Counted from the first letter of the stretch, positions 1 to 11,693 are shown. The stretch is DNA of 32,135 bases from Phoronis australis (GCA_002633005.1 NMRA01000433.1:356411-388545), one strand, 5' to 3'. The notes: a model not told the origin generated them from the letters alone. Translations and numbers: made by a program.

Positions 1-884
1 TCACTACCAGCAGACAAAACATCTCATTCACTACCAGCAGACAAAACATCTCATTCACTACCAGCAGACAAAACATCTCATTCACTACCAGCAGACAAAA
101 CATCTCATTCACTACCAGCAGACAAAACATCTCATTCACTACCAGCAGACAAAACATCTCATTCACTACCAGCAGACAAAACATCTCATTCACTACCAGC
201 AGACAAAACATCTCATTCACTACCAGCAGACAAAACATCTCATTCACTACCAGCAGACAAAACATCTCATTCACTACCAGCAGACAAAACATCTCATTCA
301 CTACCAGCAGACAAAACATCTCATTCACTACCAGCAGACAAAACATCTCATTCACTACCAGCAGACAAAACATCTCATTCACTACCAGCAGACAAAACAT
401 CTCATTCACTACCAGCAGACAAAACATCTCATTCACTACCAGCAGACAAAACATCTCATTCACTACCAGCAGACAAAACATCTCATTCACTACCAGCAGA
501 CAAAACATCTCATTCACTACCAGCAGACAAAACATCTCATTCACTACCAGCAGACAAAACATCTCATTCACTACCAGCAGACAAAACATCTCATTCACTA
601 CCAGCAGACAAAACATCTCATTCACTACCAGCAGACAAAACATCTCATTCACTACCAGCAGACAAAACATCTCATTCACTACCAGCAGACAAAACATCTC
701 ATTCACTACCAGCAGACAAAACATCTCATTCACTACCAGCAGACAAAACATCTCATTCACTACCAGCAGACAAAACATCTCATTCACTACCAGCAGACAA
801 AACATCTCATTCACTACCAGCAGACAAAACATCTCATTCACTACCAGCAGTCAAAACATCTCATTCACTACCAGCAGACAAAAC
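1..884. repeat. Minisatellite, 27-bp unit TCACTACCAGCAGACAAAACATCTCAT, about 33 copies, truncated by the window start; lies in a SURF1 intron
   Basis: Direct reading: head-to-tail units with no spacers; the only variant I saw is at 851 (A>T). Confidence 0.98.
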
Positions 885-1646
885 TCAATTGTGCACATTT
901 CAGTACACTGCAAGACGGAAACAATCGAAAAAAAAATGCAGGGGACTACCTTGTCATGACCACTAAGCAGAAGCGGAATTCCACGTCATGATGGAATTCA
1001 CCATCAAAGTAGTTGAAATGGCGAGTCATGATCAGTCACTAAAAGATTTTTGCATAAAATTAAGATAACTGACTCTGACAACAGTTAATTTTTCAGCTCG
1101 AATTTGAAACGTTAGAACACATTTTTTAACGACACCACGATATAATACTGCGTGAGCAATAGTTGGAATGCATGTGCTCACCACGTGAAACATTATTTTT
1201 CGTATTATCAAAAGCGAAATGCTTTCAGGGAAATATTTCTGACACAAGAGGGATGGTTTTAAATTGGCTTCTTATAATGTGCAAAAAATGCATACATCAA
1301 GCAAAAGTCAAAGTTACGATATATACCTACTAGTCTTTTTGGTTTTATCAGAAATATGAATTCAGTTGTCAGAAATTTATTCGTCAATCTGAAAAATGAT
1401 AAAACCGAGGAATATAACAAACATTTATTGGAAAAAGTTATCTCTATCTTTTCTGGCGATTGTATTCAGTGTCCAACTTTGTGTGCTCGTGTGCATGAGC
1501 ATGTGTGTGAAAGGGTTCCCCTTATTTCTGTCTGTATGTACATTTGTTTCATACAACAAATCTTAAAAAAAATTCACATCAGGGGACTTTACTTATTTCT
1601 CATTATTTTTGGCAGGCACTGAATACAAAAATGTTTTTGACCTTAC

Positions 1647-1694
1647 CCTCTCACTTTTTCGGACGACTCCCGTTAAGCCAATTTCACCCTCAAT
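1647..1694 (-). CDS. SURF1: SURF1 exon 6 ([16 protein letters not shown])
   Basis: Acceptor TTGTTCTTCAG, donor AGG|GTAAGG, 48 bp, phase 0/0. Confidence 0.92.
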
Positions 1695-4600
1695 CTGAAG
1701 AACAACAGTTCACAGAGTTAGAACGTCAAATACACTGTACATCTTAATCTCTTGTTTCTGATGTTTTAAACTTGAAGCTAAACCAAGAAATGAGAAGGTT
1801 TTGACAATTTTATGGGGGAAAGCAACCGTTTCTAATGTTGCGCTAGCTAAAGTACAGACCTCTGTTATTTACGAAATACATTTCCCTGCGTGTCAATGAC
1901 TGTTATGCTGTTGTGTATTTACTGCCTAAGAACCAATGGAAAGTGATGTAAACAGCCTAAGCAAAAGTCTGCATCCTGGTTCTATATACCCTTCCACCAA
2001 GGAAACATAATGTCCTACTCCATATTGAAGACTGTCTGGCGTGCAAATCATTTATGTTTGCTCAGCAGAGGTGACTGATGAATCAAGATGCAGACCCTTT
2101 TTTGGTCCATTTACGTCACTTCCTACAGTTCACATTACAGCAAATACTCACCAACGTGGGAAAATGTCTCTACAAGATAACTCGAGATCTGCATCTTTAC
2201 TAAAAGTAACATCAATGACTGTTGTTTTTCCTTTTAAAACAAACAAACAGCATTGTCGTGCTTCCCCTTTCATTTGTCTATACCAAGAGTGTGTTTCGTG
2301 AAAAGTGACTTAAAACTTAAGACAGAAATTTGGTATTATGCTTCACTTACTATTTCTGACAAATCAAAACTCTTTAGTAACAGAACAAAGTATCGGGGAA
2401 TATGTCCATAACTGCTACTTACTAAGAAAATTGAAGCAAATTCTTTCCAGGCAGTGATGTTCTTATAATTAAATGACAATTGCGAAGAAGGAGTAGAGGA
2501 TAAAATCTCTGTCCTAAGTCACTTTGAATGAATCGGACACAAGACAAGATAAAGCATATTTTTACTTTTAGCCGATTTTCCATAAAGAAATATATACGAC
2601 AAATTATAACATTTTGAAGTCTGTACAAAGCCAATTTTCATTTCCTATGTACATGTACAGTCTCAGTGCAACAGTTGATATGCCTCAGTAAACAGTGCAT
2701 CTTACTGTCCCTTCAACTGAATGTTCCAACAAACATAAAGCGTGTATCACGGATAGTGATTATCGAGACGAGGCTGAAGCATACCTGGGAGTCACGTCTC
2801 GTTTCTGGATTCTGTTTGTCCCGAGGCACCCAACCCCTGTTGATTAGTATGGTCAAGCTGGAAAAGGAGTGCAGTCACAATCAATCAAAAGGAGTGCAGT
2901 CACAATCAATCAAAAGGAGTGCAGTCACCATCAATCAAAAGGAGTGCAGTCACAATCAATCAAAAGGAGTGCAGTCACAGTCAATCAAAAGGAGTGCAGT
3001 CACAATCAACCAAAGGCACTCAGTGCATAGGAGCTTCTCCCAAGTTTTTAGCATAGTTCTCCACATAGTGTAGTTTGAATAAGGCATCCTCGAACAGTTG
3101 TCTGAATCTTACATACGTCTGTGGAAATCTGCACGCTCACCTTGAATGTTAAAGCACCTTCTATCATAAAAAACAACTCTGATACATATAACTCAACAGT
3201 TTTAAAATTGGTCTCAAACTCTTCCTTAGTCAAATAAGAGGTGGTTCCAGAAGTGACCGCTTGTAGTTGCTGGACACAAGTCTCTACAAACCTATTGTAT
3301 ACCCAAAATATAATGCGAAGAAGAACAATCATGAAAGTCTGTGTTAACCAATTAATGCATTCAACACACATTTGGTCTATAAACAAGTCAACCCTGGTTA
3401 CACTGAACTCATTATAATGTATAAATTCCAAAGGCCCTTAATATCATGAACACTGAGGTTGGTCACAAGTTGTTGCAATGCAGCTATATGTTGTAATGCA
3501 GCTCAACACTACTGCAGCTATATGTTGTAATGCAGCTCAACACTACTGCATGCAACTCTTGGTTGCTGGTTCAGGTCCCAGCTTCTGCAAGCTCCTGAAA
3601 CAGAGCAAATTACAAAAACAACTCACTCTCTGTCCGCAAGATGGAAGGGTACCACGACCTGTGCACCCATTGGACTAGTGGAGCCTAACCCCCCGCCGTG
3701 TTGGTGTTCATCATTTGTGATCAAGCTCCGTGGAGCGATGCGCACCTCCTTGGAGTGGTCAAATGAGCCGCGTACTTTTATCTTCATATATTCCATATCC
3801 TCGAGTTCATCCAAACTAAAAGCAGTCATCATCACAGTTCTTAAAGATGTCAACAGATGGCTCTTAAACACAACACAATTAGCTACAATATTTCAAAGGT
3901 TTTTGAAGAAAAACAGTTTAATAGAATTACTAAGAGTAAGATAATGGTTCAGTTTTGGTTACTTTTGGTTGGTGTGTGCATTGAAGTGATTGTGAAAGAA
4001 AACTGAAATCAAGAAAGTGCACCTAAATCTTGTTCAAACGTGAGGGCAGAACTCAACGGACCGCACACTGAAGAAAATTCACCATGGGTTAAAGGCACAG
4101 TAACCTCAAACAAGTATCTAGAATATGAGAAAATGTGACAAAACTGAGAAAGAACCGACTAAGTGTTGTACATTTTTGATTATTAAGAACACGGTGGAGG
4201 GTGTTGAATTTGAGGTAAATTTGTGACCAAAGGTGTCGCCTCTGTTCCCATCCATGCACAGCTCATTTCACCAACAGTAACATGAGCCAACGGAATCTTT
4301 CTCAGGTTCATACTCAATGGCTCTTACTTCTCTGGTAAAGCAACAGGCTGAGCAGTGACACGCTGTTCCATCTCTTGAATTAGATCCAACTTCCACTGAC
4401 GTCTGTAAACTTGCCATGTACCCAGGCAGAAAGTGGTAACCGGGATAACCTTTAGAACAAGATAAATAGGGATTAATAACTAGAGGTGAGGACAGATAAC
4501 CCAATTGTAGGAAAACCCACCAGACAAAGTGACTGACAACATAATATTAACCTATAATGTGTGGTTTTAATAGACTTCTACAGGATTGAGTCAGACAGGG

Positions 4601-7600
4601 CCAAACTTGCCTCGATTTCTGGTCGGACATATTTTAGTAATTTAGCTAGGCATTTGACACAAGATAATTGTATTTTTCTTGAATTTTAGTCAAACTTATA
4701 TATGACGTTATAGTGCCTGTCAGCTAATCATTTTCGCAATTTTGACAAACAGTGTGGAGCTACACCTGTTTACGTTTTGTTGAGAATTTGCTGGAAGTCG
4801 GAAAGAAATTAATATTTAGTTGTAGTTTCATGTGCCGAAGACTTGTCAAATGTCGATGCCATCCACTTTAACTACTAGAAAACAGTCTTGAAGCCACAAG
4901 AAGAGCTAGACAGTAATTATTTCTACCCATTCGTACAAAATATTACACACTGTTGCTGCCACTGACAAGACAAGTGTGGGTCACTAAAAGATCGTTATTC
5001 ATCTAAAATTCTTCCTTAGTCATATTTTGTGTTAGGAAAGAACACTGTGACAGTTTCTCATTGCATTGGGCAATAACCAGTGCATAACACAACTAATTTA
5101 TTTTTGACAGTAGAAAATAGTTTTAATAACAGTGGCAATATAACTCATAAATTCCACATTCTGAGACAAAGTTCATGACTGATCTATTAAAAGTTGTTTT
5201 CCAAAAAGACAGATTTTTCGCAGTTTTAAGAACTAAAACCCAGATTCTGACAAGTAAGTAAACACAAAAAGACTTGAATCTTTGAAACAAACCAATGCCC
5301 TGTTGAACCTGGCCATTCCTTGAAAGTTTCATTCATGTTAGACAACTGCATGCAAGCTATATTAAGTTGGCAAGCATGACTTTGTGTTTCAGGTAAAATT
5401 CAAATTTACTATCATAAGCCAACACTACTTTTCATTACCTCACTCATATCGAGCAGAAAGTAGTCCACTTCCTTTACTTTAGTCACTGGAGCACACACCC
5501 ACAATGAATAGGCGTGAAGAGGCGTGTTGTCATGGTGATTTAATATTTTATCAAAAGAAGATGTCTCCTGCTAGTAGAGATGACAATGAGTCAGCACACA
5601 GGCCAGACTCACCGTCCACTACTCGAACCTTAGAAAGGTCAGTTGCAAATTCAGTTTTTCTGAATGAACAGTGTTAGGAGAACATTTGGTGTCATCTTTC
5701 TGATGAAGTGCTAATTATCTAATAGCAAAAGAAGGGAGTAATTTTGGGCAAAATCACCAAAACATAGCTCAGCATACGTTTAAGTGCGTCTTCCGCCATC
5801 TTCCAAAAACCCGATGACCTGACTGACATGAATGAGGTAGATATGAGCGTTTGTCATGAAAAACTACACACAATCACTGAGTCTGTTGTTACCAGCATAA
5901 AATAACCCTTTGATCTTGTTCCTCTAGGTGGAGCTTCAAATTTCGAAAAGCAGCGCTGGCACACATATGGATTTGACGGTGACATAACTTTCTGAAAAAA
6001 AAAGTCTTTCCATTCCAGTCATGTCAAAGTAATTGACCTGGTAATACGATTAAATTTATTAAATGAAAATGTGTAAGAAGATAAAGAACACAAGCACGAC
6101 AGAAATTTATTAACAGATGACTTCGAATTTATTGGGGTTAAGGAATTTCAAAAAAGTTTCACATACATGTTATTGCCAGCTCCCAGTGATAACAACCTAA
6201 CAATACCCATAAGGCCCCCCTAGGGCAAGGGGTAGTTAGCCCACTAATGACACGGAGTCAATCCAATATACCTAGGACAACGAAGGCGATATAATAAGCA
6301 AAACGTAGGGTGTGGGTGATCAAAGTTTTCTCGTACTCTGATCACATTAACAAGAGTCAAATAAACCAAACCAAAATGCAGTATCTATCATAATTTACAA
6401 ATACTGTGACAATTTGGACAAACATTGACGAAATAAAATTACCAAGTCACATTGGATTTTCTATCAAGCAACTGAATTGTACAGTCTAACTGTTAAAAGG
6501 GAGTAGTGCGTAAGCCATTGTACAGTAACATAGATGCACCTGAAGTCAGATATATATTGGCCAGATCTGGCGAGATCGCAGACATATGAAACACGTGTTT
6601 CGATAATTGTGATTTACTGCTGCCTCATCTTTGTTCAAGGTCATTCATTGCCTGTATGACCTCGACTGAAGGTCAAGCAGAAGATTATCATGCGCATCAC
6701 ATAGAGGCGACACTGCAAATCTCAGCAGACTTCCGGCACATATATTATTATGTTTGTAATGTTGTTTTATTCCTGCAGTTTATGACCCAGTTGCAGCCTC
6801 CCATTACTAGTGGGCAATTCCATTTGTGATGGACGTACAATCAGAGAACATTTTGATTAACAGTGAGAAAAATGTTCATTGTAGGAAAATAATTAATACA
6901 TCAGTTGTTAGGTCTCAACAATAGCTTTCAAAGCATGTATCAAATTTTCATATCATTTTACACGACTGAGAAAATTGCCATTAAGGGTGTATGACAGACG
7001 TACGCAGAGAATTTGAATTTTTGAAAAAATTTCAACAATAATTTTCTATGAGTTGAATTTAGTTACAATTTTTTTGTTAAGTATGATGATTTAATGGAAT
7101 GCTTACAACACACTAACTTTTTGATAATATCTTCTGAGAAGTTTTTGTCATTGAGTTCAATGTTAGTTGAGTGTGATGGACGTACGTGACGGACGTATGC
7201 TCTGAATTTTCTAGTATCAAATTGTTTATTGGGACTAAGAAATCAATTCAGGGCTGTTCCAGTAAAATCTGTATGGGAGGGGGCTGGGAGGCACCTTTTT
7301 TTCGCACCCACCACCCATATTTTTCATTTATTTCTTCAGCCTACCACCCGTAATTTTTTATAAGTTTGAAATGCAACCACCCGTAATTTTTTTTTGTTCT
7401 TGTGGTTGACTGCACAGGCACTTTAGTTTATCTGTTCCTCCATCGCCACTAACATCATTCATTACTAAGAAAACATAATGTTTCTTATATATATGGTTAT
7501 TAGCCATCGAGAAATTCGAGCACCTGCGGTTAAATGGTGTTATGGGCATGCCGATGAGGAGATCGGAGGGAGTGAAAAAGTCAGAGCTTTTTGCAAGTAG

Positions 7601-10600
7601 CATTTTTGTTTCAGTTTTTGATTCTGTGCGGATTGTTTATAAAATTTACTAAAATTACCCACCATCAAACATTTATGGCCCAATGAAACAACAACGACCT
7701 GTAAATTTTTATTTTTTTGAAGTACGACCACCAGCCATTTTGAATTTAAATCAAACGCTACCACCCATACATTTTTATTTCAGTTGCCTCCCCCCCTCCC
7801 ACACAGATTTTGCTGGAACATCCCTCAGAATAATTCAAAATTTCACAGTATTTATACATTAATTGGTGTTTTGCTCCTAATTCAATGCTTTTTAATCAAA
7901 ATGCACCGGTTGACTTTTTAGACAAAATTATCAGGCAGGTCTATGGTGGGAATATACTCATAGGACTTTAACTTTTCAATACATTTGATTAAAGATATAA
8001 ACAATTTCCTAAAATCCCCACTGCCCTTCGAAGTTGGTAAGTAGTATAGATGCGAATGAGAGTGATAACCATTTTGTATTTGACACCTGTTGGTAAATCA
8101 GGAAAACTGTTTTTATGCATTAAGTAGAATACTAATTGAAAACTAATAAGTAAATATGACTGTCAATGCAAAACGTGAAATAAAGTTTAATATATTACCG
8201 TATTACCCCGTATAAGTGCCTAAGCCGCTTAGAAAAATTTGTTTCAGGAGGGGAGCGCTTAATATTGGCGGTTGAAACTTGGTCTTCGAAACAGGTGAAA
8301 TCTTAAGTTTCGATTTGTCAAATCTAGACGCTGTGACGTATCTGTAACCTATGACAGCCTTTCTATAAAATTGTGGTGCAATTGCTACCAAGCTTCGTTG
8401 TTAAATTACAATCATTTTTCAAAAACATTTACTGAAATCCCAGGGCGAAATTCGTGATCGTTGATAGAGCAACTGTTGAATTCTTGGATTAAAATACAGT
8501 TTCCACTCAACATATTACCTGAAGTCCTCCTTAAGTTTTCAAAATAGCATCCCTTAGGTTAAGTTCCTGTGGAGTCGGGCTTAACTGCATATTAAGTCCA
8601 AATCTGCACTAGATTGTACCCCGCAATAGTACGAGTAAAATCTATGGACGAACACACATATTGTTGTCATGTGATGTTTGTTTTGAAGTAATTCATCTGT
8701 GTATTGTGTGAGTGAGCGAGCTCGTGTATGTCCTCAGAGTTTATTTGCCAGAGTAAACACAATGTAATGATCTAGGTGTGCATTGCAACTAAATAAATTA
8801 ACAAAAGCAGTAAAGCAGAACATGTTTGATTCACAGGCGTCCTCAGCTTATGATCGTCCCCAATACATTATACTACGAGGTATGACACTCCGGACTAGAA
8901 ATTCCACGGGTGCTTCACTTCAGCCGTCCATAGCAAACAAAAAACCCAATAAATTTACACAAAACAGAGGTTCAACAACCCATGAAGAATTGTTCTTCTC
9001 CTAATACCATTTACAGTGTCCTGCTTCACTGAGTTCACAAGAAATTCGCAGTCAAAGCACAAAAATCTTCCCAAAAAGCCAGTCCGGAGGAACTCCTTGG
9101 TCCCACGCCCAGGGTACAGAAATCTGTAACTCTTCGGATAATTCCGTACCCTGCGCGTGGGACCAAGGAGTTGCGGGAAGATTTTTGTGCTTTGACTGCA
9201 AATTTCTTGCAAACTCGGTGGAGCAGGAAACCGCAAATGGTATTGGGAGAAAGAACCATTCTTCATGAATTGTTGAATCTCTGTTTTGTGTAAATTTATT
9301 GAGTTTTATGTTTGTTATGGATGGCTGAAGTGAAGCATCCGTGGAATTTCTAGTCCGGAGTGTCATACCTTGTAGTATATATAGTGTATTGACTATTGGG
9401 GACGATCAGAAGCTGAGGATGTGGTTTTATTTAGCACTTGTTGATGTCATCTGCTAACATTAAAGAATGGTCTCAGTGTGTCGCCGGGTGACTGCATGGA
9501 TGCGTGAAAGTTTAGCAGCTATTTTTCAGGAGATCCAGGGGGTGCAATGATGCGGAATTTTTCACTATCAGTGGGTTTTTTTTACTTTAAAAGCACCAAT
9601 TATGATTAATTAAATTGATAATTCCTCCTCAAAATAACGTGAACATTTTTACAGAATGAGAAACTTTTAGAAATGACAATTTTTATTTCTTGCCGATGCT
9701 ATGTTACCCGTTTCATAAATAGTTCCCAAAGACAAATGTCTTTGAAGTTTAATGACAGGTACTTGTGTAGTAGGCCTTTGACAATCAACTGCTTTTTAGC
9801 CATATATTCACGACTATGTAATACATTGTAATCATTGTATATGTACAACTGTCGGAGTACCCCGACGGTAATAGTCGGATAACTTGGTCCCATTTCAAAT
9901 TCTGTCAGGAATATTTAAAAAATAAAATGAAGTGTCGCAATATACAATTGCCCACTCTCATGGATCAGGCGCGCCACTCCACTCTCACTTTTTCGTGAAA
10001 TCTACAACATTTGAGAAGATACGCGACAAATTATATTCGCCTCCCGAGCGTTTTTCCTCAATCCAAGATGTCCGCCAATGAACTCACGTTCGCGAGAGGA
10101 CCGGCGTTGTTCTCGCGAACGGGGTCACGTTCGCGAGAGAACACGTGTTGTCTTCTCGCAAACGCAAACTAACTAACGTTCGCAAGAGGCCAAAAATGAA
10201 CCCAATGAGAAAACGCAAAACTCCAACTTAGTTAAAAGAGATTTTTAAAAAAGGTTTTGTCGTTTCACCCGCTGATGACGTCATGCCCCACTATGCCAGG
10301 ATAGCATAAATAATGACTCCGTGAAAAAATGACCCGAATTCTGGCGGATACGGATTGGGGGAAAATTGCTATAGGTGTGGGTGCATTTGCGGGGGGGTGG
10401 GGTTGGATTCAAAAGGGAAGGTACGTTTCGCACGCTAATTACGTCATATCCATAACAATCGATCGAGTGTGGCAACAAAATGAACCCTATGAGAAAACGC
10501 AAAACTCCAACTTTATAGCTATAAAAGAGACTTTTGAAAAAAGGTTTTGTCGTTTCGCCTGCTAATGACGTCATATTTCACTATGCCAGGCCGACTCCGT

Positions 10601-11108
10601 GAAAAAANNTTCATTTTTGGCCTCTTGCGAACGTTAGTTAGTTTGCGTTTGCGAGAAGACAACACGTGTTCTCTCGCGAACGTGACCCCGTTCGCGAGAA
10701 CAACGCCGGTCCTCTCGCGAACGTGAGTTCATTGGCGGACATCTTGGATTGAGGAAAAACGCTCGGGAGGCGAATATAATTTGTCGCGTATCTTCTCAAA
10801 TGTTGTAGATTTCACGAAAAAGTGAGAGTAGAGTGGCGCGCGTGATCCATGAGAGTGGGCAATTGTATATTGCGACACTTCATTTTATTTTTTAAGTATT
10901 CCTGACAGAATTTGAAATGGGACCAAGTTATCCGACTATTACCGGGAGACTGCACTTGCAGACTGTCTACGGTACCGGAGCAGCAAATAGTGGATAAAGC
11001 TCCATTTCTCGTCAGTTTGCGTCATCTGACTTTACACTTTATTACTTAACACCTTACCGGTCGCTGAAAAACACATAGGCGCCCCAACGAGTACAGAAGC
11101 TTCGGCAT
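1647..11108 (-). CDS. SURF1: SURF1 (Surfeit locus protein 1, complex IV assembly factor), spliced and 3'-partial; join of 11058-11108, 5893-5991, 4328-4449, 3627-3815, 2785-2857, 1647-1694 (194 codons)
   Basis: All introns are GT-AG with matching phases. The translation [25 protein letters not shown]...[70 protein letters not shown]...[51 protein letters not shown] matches recalled SURF1 motifs (LGTWQ..R..WK, V.VRG.FDHSKE, NRG.VP, IEGE). The C-terminal exons were not found in the window. Confidence 0.95.
2785..2857 (-). CDS. SURF1: SURF1 exon 5 ([24 protein letters not shown])
   Basis: Acceptor CCTTTTCCAG, donor CAG|GTATGC; contains the NRGWVP motif. Confidence 0.95.
2862..3016. repeat. Tandem repeat, 25-bp unit AAAAGGAGTGCAGTCACAATCAATC, about 6 copies
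   Basis: Direct reading; three single-base variants seen; abuts the SURF1 exon 5 acceptor. Confidence 0.95.
3479..3550. repeat. Two-copy 34-bp tandem duplication TGCAGCTATATGTTGTAATGCAGCTCAACACTAC
   Basis: Direct reading. Confidence 0.85.
3627..3815 (-). CDS. SURF1: SURF1 exon 4 ([31 protein letters not shown]...[13 protein letters not shown])
   Basis: Acceptor GCTTTTAG, donor GA|GTGAGT, phase 2/2; lies within ORF 3623..3871. Confidence 0.95.
4328..4449 (-). CDS. SURF1: SURF1 exon 3 ([40 protein letters not shown])
   Basis: Acceptor TTGTTCTAAAG, donor AA|GTAAGA; contains the signature LGTWQ..R..WK. The frame differs from ORF 4268..4504. Confidence 0.95.
5893..5991 (-). CDS. SURF1: SURF1 exon 2 ([33 protein letters not shown])
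   Basis: Acceptor TTTTTTTTTCAG, donor CTG|GTAACA, 99 bp, phase 0/0. It joins to give [18 protein letters not shown], the first transmembrane segment. Confidence 0.85.
7251..7824. mobile_element. Non-autonomous DNA transposon (MITE), PIF/Harbinger-like
   Basis: The left end GGGCTGTTCCAGTAAAATCTGTATGGGAGGGG matches the reverse complement of the right end, GGGATGTTCCAGCAAAATCTGTGTGGGAGGGG. TCA flanks both sides (7248-7250, 7825-7827) as a candidate 3-bp TSD. Internal ACCACCC motifs recur and there is no transposase ORF. The superfamily is inferred from the GGG termini and the 3-bp TSD. Confidence 0.75.
8840..9419. mobile_element. About 580-bp foldback (palindromic) element, probable MITE
   Basis: 8840-9123 is the imperfect reverse complement of 9141-9419, with a loop of about 17 nt. 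ORFs 8783(+) and 9052(-) share [15 protein letters not shown] for this reason. No clear TSD. Confidence 0.8.
9866..10944. mobile_element. Long-TIR element: about 335-bp near-identical inverted arms (9866-10200 and 10610-10944) around an internal direct repeat and an NN gap
   Basis: The arms begin CGGTAATAGTCGGATAACTTGGTCCC and differ at about 3 positions by eye. Internal direct repeats lie at about 10193-10330 and 10477-10607; NN at 10608-10609. Confidence 0.75.
11058..11108 (-). CDS. SURF1: SURF1 exon 1 ([17 protein letters not shown], start of a mitochondrial-presequence-like peptide)
   Basis: ATG at 11108; strong donor CCG|GTAAGG, phase 0; basic peptide with no acidic residues; adjacent to the CpG-rich promoter. 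Confidence 0.8.
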
Positions 11109-11269
11109 TATCTTTTCCAGAACCAGCGATGCACAAACCGTCAACCGTCCGGAAGTCACTGGGCTCTCGGTTACTGGAGACTGATAAATGACTTCCGTTT
11201 TACGCACTGGAGTAGCCGAGAATTACCCGACCCCATCAAACCCGCTCTAAATATTGTGTTGTTGTGAGT
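11109..11269. promoter_or_regulatory. Putative bidirectional promoter for SURF1 and the FBXL18-like gene, with inverted ETS/GABP-type motifs; includes a probable 5'UTR exon donor (GTGAGT, 11264)
   Basis: CpG-rich and located between the divergent genes. CCGGAAGT at 11149-11156 and ACTTCCG at 11191-11197; no obvious TATA box. Confidence 0.65.
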
Positions 11270-11651
11270 CACCACGGTTGAATTCAATCATATATACCGT
11301 ATTAGATATGAGAACTGCATCAAAGCATATACAACGACATTCAAGTTCAATGGTTAACTAACTAGTATCTAGCAGTAAGAATCATTATAAGGACAAACTG
11401 AGGTCATGCCACCTGGCGCATGGGTTCTTTTAGGCAACATGTAGCCTCTCGGTTGCCTGCGGCATCCAGGGCGATGTAATTGCCTTTGCCTATTGGCTCG
11501 GTGCTGCAGCTATGTTAATTGTTGTGAGAGTTTGGTGTCAAACCAGTTCGGCCACAAGGCAAGCCACTTGAGGACTGTGCTCTATACGAATACGACATGG
11601 TCGCTCGGCCAGCCAGCGGGCTGTTGTATATTTAGTATACAGCTTTGCACC

Positions 11652-11652
<1 letters not shown>

Positions 11653-11690
<38 letters not shown>
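11653..11690. repeat. (AC)19 microsatellite
   Basis: Direct reading. Confidence 0.97.

Positions 11691-11693
<3 letters not shown>

Noticed and set aside
1-884. CRISPR-like array (also considered for 26579-27496)
   Set aside because: Units are contiguous with no unique spacers, there are no cas genes, and the context is a eukaryotic intron.
2152-2199. 48-nt exon-like segment (TTTTAG...TTG|GTGAGT, minus strand) in SURF1 intron 5
   Set aside because: It starts with TAA in the required phase and has no SURF1 similarity; there is no support without transcript data.
2666-3073. 135-aa plus-strand ORF with repeated [25 protein letters not shown]
   Set aside because: A by-product of the 25-bp repeat, antisense to SURF1 exon 5.
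4268-4504. ORF-track protein MGYLSSPLV...
   Set aside because: Wrong frame; the real exon reads [13 protein letters not shown] (SURF1).
5440-5802. YY1-like AAGATGGCGG start (MAEDALK) plus exon-like segments on the minus strand as the SURF1 5' end
   Set aside because: The phases do not join without stops; exons 11058-11108 and 5893-5991 give a cleaner model.
8783-9366. Similar ORFs on opposite strands suggesting a gene pair
   Set aside because: Explained by the palindrome; no recognisable domain.
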